64,000 nt of DNA from Rhynchopus sp. YZ270_cl-10. Taxonomy: Eukaryota. Position 1 is the first letter of the stretch. Each line of letters begins with the position of its first letter. The notes below the pieces were generated by a model, which ran no database searches, was not told the origin of the DNA, and saw nothing but the letters and a program-made list of their open reading frames with translations. Positions 45,201 to 59,258 of the stretch are shown here, in pieces. A program made the translations under genes and the position numbers. Location: assembly GCA_964035575.1 (NCBI GenBank), contig OZ037838.1, positions 1,240,001-1,304,000 on the forward strand, given 5' to 3'.

Positions 45201-48200
45201 CCCAGTCAACGCCGCAGCAGATAAACGCTCGCATGGATCTGAATTCTTTGTTGGGGTAGGTGGCATATCATTCAACTCATCTTCGCTTTACGGAGCCGCG
45301 CCTACCTCACAATGCTTCGCAACCCGACAGACCTGCAGTATCGGAACCATATCAGGTAACCTGCTCATCAGCCAGGTCGTTCTCATTGAAGAAATCGCCT
45401 CTATGATCACAAAGCATGCACACATGAAAGACAAACGCCTCCAATCGCAGATCGATTCAATCAAACAGATCGTCACCGACGAAGTCAGCCCATTAGGCGG
45501 CCACGGCGCAAACACCGCTGGAATGGGCATCGGAGCGCCAGCGCAAGCTAAAAAAGCGTACCGATCTCTCTATCACGACCCGCCTAATGCTGCGAAATGG
45601 TATGAAGAAAGTGAGGTACCAGAATTTCGTGTCTGGCTGAGCCGGAGGGAGCATGCACAAAAGGAGGCGAGAGATAAGGCATATGTCAGTAGAAAGGTTC
45701 AGGTCCAACCGGTCTCGCTGTTCATTCGATTAGATCTAGGGTACATAACGCTGCAACTCCAAAGTGGGATGTCCGCAGCAGACACCTCCCTTTGCGATGC
45801 CTTCAGCAGCCAGCGCCATTGCGCGACGATCCCTCATTTCAATTTACGTCTTCTACACCTTAAGGGTTGTACGCTTTTGAAAGAGGTAGAAGGTGACCAT
45901 CTGGAGGTAGGCAAAGTCGCCGGCGCAATCCGCATTCGGTATTCTATTGCATCGCGAAAACACTTTTCCGGTGAATCCGGCGGGCAGGAAACACAGTCCG
46001 CATTTCTGCAGCGCTTTAACCTCTCCAAATATGGCATGAAAGCGGTGGTAGATCTTGATGCGTTTCATTGGGACGGCGATACACATGGTCTTGGTGGTGG
46101 GCAAGGGAGGGGACGACGTTCTGGGATGGGCTCGCGCAACCACTCCCGCCATGACCCGCGAGGCAGAGAGAGGGAGAGACAACAACCCCGCGAGGAGAAG
46201 GAACCACGCACCATCCCAAGACAACGGCAGCCCAGCGCAAAGCCTCCAGAAGGCCTGCTCGACGCCTCCTCTGCCTTTGACGTCTCCCCACCCTCCTCCT
46301 TCGGGAGGGTCAAGGAGGCCGTTACTGACTCAGACTCTCCAATCCCCCGAGCAACCAACCTAGATGTAAACCAACCCCTCAGCTTCGTATCCTCCCTTAA
46401 ATCTGTTACAAGCCATGCGGACCCTCGGCACACCAGATCCTTGAGTGAGGGGGACCTGCAGAGCTTTGTGTCGCGCGCAGAGGATGCGGTGATTGCTTTG
46501 GAGCGAGGTGACGGTGACCCGGATGTTCACAGCTCCGCCTCGACGTCCTCTGTGGTGCTACACAATGAGCTGAATAACTCTCTCGGCAACGCAGCAGGGC
46601 TGATGCGGAAAGGGCAGAAAGGGAAGAAGGTTCGCCGCTCTGCCTCAAGCCCCTCCAACTCTACACGCAGCCCAGACACAAGCAAATCCCACGAAAGCCA
46701 AAATAAAAATGACAAAAAAGGTGGAAAAAAAGGTCGCACCTCCGACAACGCCGAAGCCGAGGAGGAAGACTTCTGCACACCACCTCCTAGCGAACGTAAT
46801 AAGCTTGGTAGAAAAAGCTTTCCGGTCCCGCCCCTATCCGATTCGCAGGCCTGCATAGTAGGGCGCGCTGTGGAGCCGGATCTGGACGACGAATGCCGCA
46901 CGCCCCTCAGCGAGGAGGATGAGGAAGGCTTTCTCCACAGCGTCGAAAACGTTGAGACGATCAACTCCCTCGTATACTCGAATGTGGATGGGGGGCCGAC
47001 GCCGCAGATGCCAAGAAACCCTTTGTCACAGCTTGGCGAGTCTGCATACATGAATCTTGCAACCTGCGTCAGTCACGGAGACTCCGATGATGAAAGCGTC
47101 GCAAGCTTTGTCTTTGGAGATAGCGATAAAGGTAGTGCAGCCTCTTTGGATAGGATACCTAGCATTTCGATTAATGAGCCAGAAAATGAGGCACGGCGAC
47201 AGTCGCAGCTTCCTAGAAGACGGTCTCTATCGGCAAGCAACTCTTGGGCTGCCCTGGGCGATCTCTCCGGGAGGAGCAACGCTGCTGCAGCGCTTCGCAA
47301 GCTTGAGACATTGTGCGATTCGAGGCGTCCGTCGTACTTTGCGGGGTACAGAGGTAACATCAGGGAACGGCGTGGGACGAAACCGATTGGTGTGGTACGC
47401 CCTCCGGAGCTGGCAGCTGCGGGGTTCAGAAGAGAGTCGCGGTGGGGATCACGGAGTGGAAGCATCGACGCTGATGCAGCACAACAGGAGAAGGGCACCT
47501 CCGCACGCAGATCTGCCCCAGAAGGTTACGCACGGTGTCTCAAAGCTGCGAAGCTTCATGTCTTCCGTGGGGTGCCTGACAACACTGCATTGCTCTGTGG
47601 TCGGCAACACTTCCACGGTCAGCCTTTCTACGCGCATGCACCCCATCCACAGATTCATTTCGAAGAGCGAGGCAAAGCATCTGCGGAGAATACTCTGTTC
47701 ACACCCTTCGGCCCTGCAGGAAGCGACAACGCTTCAGCGAAGGCGCTCCTCACACCGTCGCAGACAATCGACACAACGGAGAACCAGAGGGACAACACCT
47801 CAACGAACCATGCACACATCTCGTTCTTGCAGCCGGTGCACTGCTTGGTGACGCAGAGGGGGGCGTGTATGCTGATTCATGGCATGGCATTGCATCGTCT
47901 CTGGAAAAAGGATCTGCAGGTCCGCCACGGCTACACTACCCCTGATGAGGAGAAGAAGGAGAGTGACGAACCGGCTCCAGTGCATCCGGTGTCTCCGGTG
48001 GTTCAGGAGCGTGTTGAAACGGTGTTGAGCAGTAGTTCGAGGAATGGGTGGAGTGGGTCGCCGCGGATCGGAAGAGAGCGGAAAGGGCTGAGCTTCAAAC
48101 GCAACAACAGCGCGGAGCGCGCTATCGTGAACCGCAGGGAGGAGATCGTCTCCGTCCACCTCGCGCAGCTGGTGGTGGTATGTGTCATCGGTCTGACAGA

Positions 48201-51200
48201 CTCCCAGGTTTCCTCAACCTGCAATGGTGTTGTAGATCTGGCAGATGGTCGAGGCGAGACGATGCACATTGTACGCTGTGTGGTGCAGAACATCCGCGCA
48301 ACGCGTTCAGTCAACATTCGAGCAGGGATGTCCTACATCACCAACACCGGGCGCCAGCCGGCTACTACTCAATTCATTTCCATTGGAGAGGTCGGCGTTT
48401 CCCTGAACCGCCACGTAGACGTAGGCCCACCTTGCCGTGGCATCGACCTCCCTCCAGGCATCCCCGAAGATCTTGCCACTGCGCTGACCCTCAAAGATCA
48501 TAGCGTGCTCGCCATGGCGTGTATCCTCTCATCGGGCAACAACCCAGCTCTGGTCTTCCGCTCGCGAGGCGAAGAGACCCCGGGGACCGGAAGGTCGCAG
48601 CAGAAGGCGTCTGTGAAGGTTATGAAATTCCATATCGAGTTTGGGAGGGACGTGATGCTGGTCAACAGTGCGGTGGGGCAGCTCCTCTGGGTTAATATGC
48701 TGTGGCGTGAGAGTAAGGTCGACTCGCCAGCGTTGGACGACGAGCTTGCAGATGAGACGCTGACGGACAACACCCCGCTGGACCCGTCTCCAGGGATGTC
48801 ATTCGTTCTCGTGGACTCTGATCAATATGGTGCGTCCCCAGGGGAGTTTGTGTTGACACCTTCTATCAAGCCTACAACGAAGCTGCGGAGGGTGCGGTCT
48901 CAGGTCCGGAGAGTGCTGTTTGGTGCGACAGAGTCGGTTGCGGCGGCGATCAAACGGCGTGGCGATTCGACACGCTTGAGCAAGCAGCAGCGGCAGGACG
49001 GAGGCATCCTTGCCTCATCGCACGCAGAGACCCCACGGCGGCAGTCCCAAGCCAGCTCCGAGGCAGACGGCTGTGAGGTGCCGATCCCCGACGCAGACCG
49101 GCAGCACCCGCTCCTCAGGGAGCGTTCCTTCACCCCGCATGAACAGTACACCGGGACCATGATGGAGCCTCGCGACTCAAACGACAGCGACATCACCGAA
49201 TCCTTTGCGATTGTCGACGACCCAACCCAGATCGAACCATTCATGCGACGCGACTCCGTTTCCTTCCGTCAGCAGGAGGCTGAGAAGGGTGGTTGCCTTC
49301 CGGGCGGCGGCGGCGGTGGTGGTGGTGGTGGTGGTGGAGGTGGCGCTGGCCAAGACCGTGTCAAAAACACGAGCAACATGACACAAAGCTCAGAGCTTGC
49401 TGCCACAACAGTAGTCTCAGACGTCTTCGAGCCACGCTCCATTGCCGACCACTCAGGTCTCACTGCCGACGAATGCGATGCCAAGCAGAGCGCCTACGAT
49501 GAGGACAGCGGCGAATCCGCAAAACCCCCGGTCCCAGCAAACTCGCTCCTCCTCTGGATCCACAACACCGTCGACGTGAACGTTGTGCTCGAGATTGACA
49601 CAATCAAGGTCGGGGTGTGCCCGCCACCAACACGGCTTGTCCAGGACGACTTTAACAACACACATCGCGATGTGCAGCAGTACCACTCTGGGTTTGTCAT
49701 CCGCGAAGTCAACATCCGTGCCCTCGGAAACGACAAAAGCACGGACTCAGGCGACGTACAGTCGACCACATGCTCCCCAGGAACCAAAAGCGTTGTGTCG
49801 GTCCCCATCACCGCGATTATGTCCATCGGGAGTGTCTCGGGCGAAGTCGATCCGTCCATGCTGTGCATCCTCAGCTCCGGCAACGCACGTCCGAAGAAGA
49901 GCCCGAATGCTTCACCCGAAACCTTCGACATGAAAACTGCGAGCAGAGGCACGCTTCCGGTCGGTGCGCATGGTGTGCCAAACGAGGTCAATGAGTCTGC
50001 CGAAGTCGAAGACCGTGGTGGTGGTGGCGGTGGTAATGGTGCGCCCGTCTACGTGCCCTGGCTCTTCTCCACGCTCATCGTCAACAAGGTGAACCTGCGT
50101 CTCGCGTATTCAAAGGAAAACTTCGTTCGGGTTGCCTTCCGCAACACAAAGCTGAGCATCAACAACCGCACCGACACTGCGGCACACACGGCACACCCAC
50201 GCAACTCCCGCCCAGAGATGCAACCACAACGCCCACACCCGGGACACCGCCACACACACAGCGACGTTCAAAGCGACGCAAGCAAATTCAACAGCACTAC
50301 CAAAAGCGCCGCAGACATGAAAGACGACGAACACAAAGCACGCCACCCAGGACACCGTGTCCGGGTCTCAGACGACCAGATGTCTGCGACAACGCCGTTG
50401 ACAGGAGCAGGAGCAGGCGGCACGGCCCCCTGCGGCGCAGCCCCAAGCGAGCAGTTCTCCTCGCCACGCAAGCCGAAGAAACGCCAGGAGCCTCTGTTCC
50501 ACCCAGAATGGGTCTTCAGCGTGAGCATCGCAGACGCACCCGACGCATCAAGCACAGAGAGTGCGGCTGTATCGTACCACTGCGTCCCTGTGAACGCTGA
50601 GGGCGGGCTGTACTCTGAGACGAAGGAGATCTTCAGCCTTTCGGTGCGCTCGCTGAACTTTGTCGGTACGCTGCCAAAGGAGATGCACCGTGGTAGTGTC
50701 GTGGCTGCGCACATCGCCGTGGACGGAACGGCCTTCAGAATCACATCGCATGAGTGGCTCCACACTGAACACTGCCTTCGAGAGTGGCGCAAGCTGCAGG
50801 GCAGATGGAAGTCCGTCTTCGCCTCAAGCAGAACAGCACCACAGCCACACGAGCAGGAGGCCTCGCCTCTGGGGTCACCCAACATCGAGCCAGAGCAGTC
50901 GCCAGAAGCGCCACCTGAAAGCGATTTGCCTTCAGTGTCGCTTACGTTGCACGTAGAAAGCACCGATTTGTATGTGCCGCTGACAGACGACACCGTGTTC
51001 ACGTACACGGCACACCGTGCGGTGGTCTCCTTCACCAATGTGAATGAAGACGCAGTGCTCAAGGCACAGCTGTCCCCGTCTGTGGTGCGTGCCGGAGGGA
51101 AGAAGGAGGCCATCCTCCCCTCCGCGCGTCTGGTCTACGTGGCAGCGACGGAGACGACACCAGGGTCCGCGCACTGCTACATCGACAAAGTCTACGTCGT

Positions 51201-54200
51201 GCTCACGAAGGACATTGTCAACGCCTGGATCCAGGTCTACACCGTCATCACCCCGCAGCTCATGAAATGGGCGGAGGGTAAATCCGTTAAGGACGTGAAG
51301 GCCAGCTTCGACCGGCAGGACGAACGCAGCGGGCGTCCCAAACCTGGCATCGGTCGTGGGGTGCTGATGTGGGCAGGCTTCCGGGTGAGTCTGCTTGGGA
51401 ACGACACGGAGCTGGTGGCGTCCTCCGGGCTCGGCATTGCTGCGTTCATCACTGAGGAACACGAACGGCTGCACACACCTTCGAACAGCTTCAAGAAGAG
51501 CGCAACAGATCTGTTCCATGAGATGCACGACAGTCATGACTTTCCACATTCCCTCAGCGCACCTCTCCCACGCATTGTGATGAACAGTCCGAGCACTACT
51601 GGAAGCGCCGCTGGACAGCAGGTTCTGACGGAGCTACGCTCACGGTGGTATGCACGACTGCCGAAGCTTGGGGTGAGCCTCATTGATACGTGGGAGCACC
51701 GACAACGCATGGCGCTCGTTGCAGGAGCTGCGAGACCTCCTGTATCGCCAATGATGACAAAGGAGCAGGAAGTGGACCAGACCATTGCAGAGAGCCCCAT
51801 CCCTGGCTACCGTTGGGCCTCGGCGACGCTAGCCTTCTATGCAGGCAACTATGATATAGAGAAGCTGTCGCAGGCGGACGACCAGGCCCAGACACCGCAG
51901 ACGTCAGGAGGCAAGAAGCTCAATGCTGCTGCTAGCTCTATCATGCTCCAGAAGAAGTTCTCCTCCCGCGCAGGCACGCCAGACTACCGCAGACAGCTTT
52001 CCAACAGCCACCTCGTGCCAAGCCAGTCGCTGAGCCAGCACGCATTTGGCAACAGTGGGAACACCTTCGCAGGGATGTCCTCCTCAGGCATCCTGAGTGC
52101 GTCGGGCGAGACCTTGCAGGAGGAGGAGCCGACAGACAAGGTGCACCTCCTCGTCAAGAATACAGTGGTGCTGGTGAGGGCAGGGGTGGTGCAGCAGTTG
52201 AAGGAGCTGTTCAAAGGGTTTACAGACTCGTTCACAGAGTTCCAGCTGCACATCGAGAAGGACCGACAACGTCTGCTCCAGGGCGAAACCGTCCGGCAGC
52301 TGCGGCGGGAGGGACGGAAGTGGATCCGCAAGACGGCGGAGACTGTTGAGAAGGCGCGCGACCCTGCGATCTACATTACTTCTATGGTGGGGTCTTTTGT
52401 GGTTAAGACTTTCAGTGTGACGCTACCATTTGGGGACAAGGCATACCGCACATGCAAGCTTATGGCAAAGCACGGACCCGACGCGCTGGGGAACTACGAC
52501 AGCTCCGACGACGAGAGTTTGAACGCAAAGTCAGGCATCGGCCCGTCTTGCCTCAACGATATGTGGAGCATCCCCTCAGGCCGGTTCCTTCCCTCACAGG
52601 CACTGCAGCTCTACCTAGGCGAAGCCTCTCTCGCCACCATGGTAGGCCAAGACGAATGCAAACGCGACGAAGCCCGCAACACCGACGAACAGCCCAAGAA
52701 GGCCGTCTTCCTCTGCCGCGCCAAGGACGCCCACATCTACTTCAGCGACGGCACTGCCCTCCCCTCCAACTGGCAGCCCGACGCAGAACTCCACATCGAC
52801 CCACGCTACCGCTGGCACCGTGAATTCGGCCCCCACTTCACAAACAGCGTGGGCGGGAAAGGCGTCTTCATCCCCCCCACCAAACCGGACCCCTCTGCAC
52901 ACGGCACACGATGCGTCATCAAGGACATCACAATCAAATGCCGTGCAAGGGTGTGGCAGGATGCCGTCACCCCTGCTGCTATTACCTGCGATTTTACGGG
53001 ACCCGAAGTCCGGATTGCTCCAAATATTGTGACCTGTTTATCGGATTTGTCAGGAGACTTTGCAGGGATTGAGAAGGCAGAAGCGCCGTTGGAGAAGTCA
53101 AACGCAAGGCCAGAGCACATGAGTCCGACACCAAGCAACCTCGCGACATCTACCCTAGGCGAGACGAACCTCAAGCATGGCAGGATGTCTGCCGACATCG
53201 ATGTAACAATCCGAGTCGAGTCCGGCACAATCTCTGTCCACAGCGACGAAAGCGTCCCCGAGCTCTTCCAGCACCACACCTCCCCAGGGGCTCACCCCGA
53301 AGCCGCGAAGCAAAAGGAAGAAGATGGGACTGTCATCTTCAAACTCCCGACCCCGGTCCTCTGTGCGAAGGGTACCGTGAACGTCCCCTCTGAGGTCGAT
53401 AATGACACCGGGGTCAACTGTGTCATCAATGCGTCAGCCACAGCAAGCTTCCCTGCAGACGTCATTGAAATCCACCCCACCGCAGTGTATTTTACACATG
53501 AAGTTGCGTTGTGGGACCGCTCCTGGCAGGCGAAGAAGTTGCAACGAAGGGACGGCATCGACCGAGCGATAACAGGCCTGAGAAATGGACTTCGCGAAGG
53601 ATTCCAATCTGTACAGTCCGAGATGTGCAAGGTCCACGGCACGCCTTACTCCGCTCAAATGCTGGGACTCATACGCGGGGTCGGCAAGGAGGAAACCCTC
53701 GAGGTGTTCATCAACGAACTGGAACTTATGGACACACTCATCCCGGTACCGCGGGCCTTCATTGACAGCCTCGCATGCCCACACGAATGCACACAGACAC
53801 ATGACACAAACTGCTTGCGATGTGGCGAACCATTTGAAGCACACCGAGGACACATCTGTCCATTCTATGAAGAGCGTGGGTTGTGGTTCGATGCGGTACC
53901 GGTACAGACACAGAGTAAACATGGCACCGTGAGTTCCGCTCCGATCAGCCCTTTGGCGGCAACTACGGCGGCACCGATGACACACTTTCCACGAATGGAC
54001 AGCACGCAGCAGATGGCGAAAACGGTCACACTACGCACGAACTTCGACCCACCCCGCGTCTGCACCGTGAAGGTTGAGGACGGCCCCACCGCACCCTCTG
54101 CAGACGAGCTCGAAAAAATCTGCCAACAGCAGCTAGGCATCGCACACTGCTGGAAGCTCTGCATCCGCGACGCCTCCAAGCACACCGTCCGCCTCATCTT

Positions 54201-57200
54201 CGACGAGGTGCTGGACGGCGAGCTCTACCTCGTGGACCTGGTGGGGGCGAAGGTCTTTTTCTCGCTCCGCATCAAGCCCTTCACCGTCGCTGCCACGACC
54301 GCCCCGATCAGCGACTGTCAAGCTATCCTCGAGACCGGAACCATTGAGTTCACCCTCTTACGTTCGCCTGCGTATGCAGGCAGTTCAGTGACGCTCCTGC
54401 TCTCAACGTTGCCGTTGCTGTCGTCAGGGTGCTGTTTCCGTGTTGCAGTGAAGGATAGGCTTCATGAGTGCATGAGTGCGTCGCTCTGTGCTGCGTCGGG
54501 AGTGTTTACGCCGGGAAACCCCTCGCGGGTGTTTGTGCATCTGAAGGGGTCGTCGCGTTCGTCGCAAGAGTCGTTGAGGTGTACGGTGCGTATTGGGCAT
54601 CTCAAGTCGTTTTTCGTGTGCTACAAGTTGTGGAAAAAGCGTTCTGACGAAGCGAAGAAAGAGCTTCTCAAGATCGAGAGGGCGCAGATCAACCCCACCG
54701 ATACGGAGCAGACGAACACACGGCCGTCGGGTTCGTCCGTCTGCTCGCATCTGCGTGAGGAGGGGCTGTTGCAGAGAGGTATGTAGTTTGGTTCCACAGA
54801 CACTACGTACACCACAACACAACAACACAACACCCACAGCACCAAGCAAACCCTCGTGCCCGAGCAAGGTCTTCATCGTTCGGGTCGACTCGGTATGTGG
54901 TAGGAGTATTTTTTGGAGCATATTTTTGTTGAAATGCGGATAGTGCGAAGAGGATTGCCGACTTTTGTCGTATTTTTTTTTGGCGAATCTGGGAGAACGT
55001 GATCGGTCTTTCCCAAGAGAATCTACGGAACCACAGTTCATGGAGAGCAGGTGGAGTGGAGAAGGAAACATATAAACAGTTTCTGACGAGATTTTTCTTT
55101 TCGCGTTGTTCCAACTGTTTGAGCACTTTGATTAGAATCTCCGTCGGGGTGCGCTACCAGCGACCATCCACTTGCAAGTAGGAAGTTCTTGCGTTGCCTC
55201 GTAAGGACCATCGATCGTCTGAGACACATGCCACGTTTTCTCAAAGTCGGAAATGCGAACAAAGGACAAGTTGTAAAAATCCTTCCCGTGTTCCCCAACG
55301 CGCTGTGGTACGTCGGTAGTCGGTGTTGTTCTCAGTTCCATCTTAGAATGCAACAGCATCCGCTTCCACCAGGATCGCCTCCGACATGCTTGCCACTTGC
55401 GCCTCTGACCGCTTGTCGACTCAATCCAGAAACGTTTTCGTGTCCGACCACGTTCTTAATATGCCCTACCAGTGCCTATTAAATTTTTTTTCAAAACTCA
55501 GCGACAGCACTGGTTGCAGTGTATTACCCATTTATTATGCATCCAAACACCACTCTTTTCCCCCCTCGCAGATCTACCTGGATGTTGACAACTTCCGCCT
55601 GACGCACTCAGACTCGAACAACGACAAATTCCAAATCACAACCGAGGAGGTGACGCTCATCTTCGCGGACCGCAAGCCCCCTGCACACAGCAAGGACTCA
55701 TGTATGCTACCTTCCCCTCCCAGTGTTAAAGCCTGTCAGATGGTTCGTAAACTTCGAAAATAGATGTGGTTTGGGGGGTCCCCCCGAGAGATCTTTGCAT
55801 TTCAAAGGCATTTTTGGTGACTAACCTTTTGTTGTCTTTTCTCTTTTCTTGGCAAATCGTAGTGTATGAAGTCAACCCTTTTGCTTTTTTTCAGACTATG
55901 TGAAGGCCATGAATACGACGAGCCCGATGATGACGTTTAGTGAGGCAGGGATGTCGACGCCTCCTGGCTCAAGCGTTGCTGGGTCTGCAAGGCAGTTCCC
56001 GCACCATATATACAATACACGGGTGCCACGTGCGAGTCGGTCGCCGGCAGAGATTCGTTCTGTGCTGCTTGGGATCAGGGTGATATCGTTCGAGTCGCAG
56101 GGGCGCATCACGTCGTCGACAGGGATGACGAAGACGAATGAGTATCTTCTTGCGCGGGGGAAGCAGCTGATGAACTCACACAAGCTGAAGTGCAATGACG
56201 ACACCTCCTCGACAGCACTCCAGGTCATCAGCATCGACCTCCCGCCCCTCGACGTCGACCTGCGTGAGATGTACCGACCCCTCCTCAAGATTCGGTATGG
56301 CGGGGGCATTTCGCACCGGAGAAGAAGCCTTCTTTTAGTTCATTCTTTTTGAAGCAACAGCCAACCTTTATTTCCCCCTCTCCCGTTTACAGTCCTTTGG
56401 CAACACCTCTCTCCCTCTCCCCTCCCCCTACAACATCGAACCAAAACAGCCTCGACAACAAAGGAAAGCTTGGCTCCCCAGCAGCGTCACTCAGAGTCAA
56501 AGATGTTTACAGGGTATGCCGACCTCCCTCCCCATCCCCTCCCCTTCACTCCCATCTATGCACAGCCGCTCTGCCGCCCTTCCGGGCAGTCGCCACTCCA
56601 AGGATACCAGGTGGACCTCTCCATCGTTGTCGAGACTATTGATGTGAACATTAGTCCAATGATTTTCCCTAAGTCGGGGCAGATCAGTGACGAGGTGCGA
56701 CGGACGCGGATGCTGCAGGAGCTTGAAGCTGATAAGACATTGAACACTCCGGGGCGGGGGAAGAAGTGGTCCATCACTTCGAAGCTGGATGCGAAGGCAC
56801 CGGGGTTGATGGAGGGCTTTGGGAAGAAGTCGTCACGTCAACGGCAGACCTCTATGCTCTCGCATGAGACGCCTACTTCGACGTTGCTTCGTGCACACCA
56901 CACGCCACATGCACAGTCGCATACGCCAAGCATCAACCCAACAGAGAACGACGAAGTAGACTCGGGTGATATCATAGCTCGGGGCCTCATCGCCATCGCC
57001 GTCGCAAGCTTTACCCTCAACCTCGGCCAGTCCGGTGTGAACGGCCCCTCGATGCAGCTCCGCACCAAGCAGTTCAAATGCGAAATGGCACAAAACCTCC
57101 AGCGGGTCGACCAAAAGCTGCTGTGGGACCTGCTCTCGCAGACGGATAAGCGTGGTGCCTCTCCACCCCTCATCGCTCGCGCGATCGGCTCCGGCGCGCT

Positions 57201-58035
57201 GCCCCAGGGTGGCACCGTGGGGCGCGTGGACCGCATTGTGAAAGACCTGCTGGTCACCTCGTGGAGGGTCTCGCGTGTTGCAGGGGACAGCGAAGCGCCG
57301 CTTCTCCGTGGCGACAAAGACTCGCTCCTCTCCATGCACACCAATCAGTACGTCGGGTCGTCTGTTGTGGAGTACAACTTTTGGAGCAAATTCCAGCAGG
57401 CCTGGTCTGTGGGGAACACCCAGGACTTCATTGCACTGCGGGAGTGGCTAGAAGGGTTCTTCAAAGAAGCGAACGCTGGTGCAGATGTGTCGAAGGCGGC
57501 TGCGTCGGCAGACCAGTTCACAAAACGGCCACCTTCGCAGGGGTCGCAAACATTTGACGAGAAGCTTGTCAAGCGGCAGCTGTGGGGGCAGGGCGGTCCG
57601 CGGGAACGTCTCGCAGGCGCTGCGTCGCAGGCGGACGATACAAGTAGTCATGGTGGGCTGTCGTCATCGGGGGTACGTCGTGGACAGCAGACTGCGGGGT
57701 TGAAGAAGGGTGACAGCAGGATCTTCGTTCCTGCCGATGGGGGGCTGGAGTTCTCGCCTCTCGTTCAGGTCGTGGGGGAGTCGACGCTCCCGATCTCAGC
57801 GATCTTTGCGTCCCTCGGGATGGATGAGTCCGTTGTGCCTGCAGGGCTGCACACATACGTTGGGGACACCCTGATGTCCCTGCTAGCCACGACCTATACT
57901 TCTCTCGCCCCTCCTCACGTCGTGAAAACGAACCAATCACTCATTGCCGAATTCTCCAATGCACACGAAACAGTGGTCAATGCCTTCACCGAGGCATCTC
58001 TGGAGGAGGCCCGGAATATGGCCCCCACAGCCTAG
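42205..58035 (+). CDS. BLTP1: Bridge-like lipid transfer protein 1 (KIAA1109/tweek/Csf1/LPD-3)-like, spliced. Exons 42205-54778, unresolved small exon(s) in 54.8-55.5 kb, 55572-55701, 55895-56294, 56450-56513, 56566-58035
   Basis: N-terminal TM followed by LLSGRILFGDVRY...DGYICFEWWR...VHLNGLQVTLYN, as in the BLTP1/Csf1 N-terminus; 4191-codon first exon; the last three GT-AG introns give consistent phases; C-terminus PLVQVVGESTLP...VPAGLH resembles the Csf1 end. Confidence 0.82.
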
Positions 58036-59258
58036 GGAGGAAGGGGAAGGTAGTCCAGTTTTGGGGTTTTTTTGGGGTGATTGTGTGTCAAAAAAAGAGC
58101 ATTTTGCAGTTTTGGGGGTTGTGGTGCATTGGTGACATGATAAAGTAGGCCGGAGATGGGTAGGGGATGAGAGGATGATGGGGTGAGGGGGAGGAAAGGG
58201 TGCTTTTATATTAGAAAAATGTTGCACTTTGCAGTGCTGATAGATTGGTTCTTATGCCATTTTAGGTTCGAATGGTTTGTGAGCAAAGTGAAGAACCGGA
58301 AACTGCACAGAGTCGTTCTTTTTTTTTTCGATTATACCTTCTCTTCAGTAGAATAGAAAGTATATGAAACATTGCTGCGAGCTTGTGTATCACGGTGTGC
58401 GTATGTTTTTTGGTTTTTTTTTTTGTTTTTTGTTTTTGTCAGCAAGATCTGTGTGCAAGGGACACATCGATCTTTCTAATTTTCTTTTTTTTTTGTCTCT
58501 AACTCCGTCCTTTCTCTTCCTCCACTCCCCTAAATCATAAAGGCAGACCGTCTCCCTTGAACGCCGCCACCAGATTCTCAAAATAATAATTTTTCAATGT
58601 GTGAAAATGAGTTCATGTTTTTTCACAGTTTTTTTATTTTTGAGAACATTTGTGTTATATCCCCTTTTGTATGGAAGGGGGAGCAATAAAAGGGGGTCTG
58701 TCAGAAGTAATCCTTTTTGTCTCACCTCTGCAGTCTAAGTGGTGAGATCTGTCTTTTCTGATGTCCGAACCAAAGGGTGGCAATTGAATTCGAAACCCAC
58801 ATAACGAGGGTCCATAAAACAATTATCCAGCGTCTTTCTTCGCACAACACAAAGAGAATGTGAGTTCTTTAACTCACGAACACAAATTACCTTTCCCCTG
58901 GATCTATTTTGTGTGAAAATGGGGAGAAATAAAGTGGAGCACGCTCTTGGGTGTCTATACTAATACAAACCAAGTGTTGAGCTTCATGTAGGTGTAAAGT
59001 AATGTCGATGCTGCAAAAGTAAAAGAGTCTTATTGTTCAGCTAGCTTCCTCAGTAAGCTTGTTAGAGTAAGCCCCACCACCTCACCCCCCCCGCCCAGTA
59101 CTCAATGTTAAAGTGTTTTGCATCAGAAAAGAACGCATGATGATGCAAAAAGAAAATTAAAAAAAGGTTTGCCATCAGTACCGTGTCCTCCCCTCTGTGC
59201 TTTGTTTGTTCATAAACCTCATAGCAGGATACCATTTGCACTTAGAAAATACAAAACA

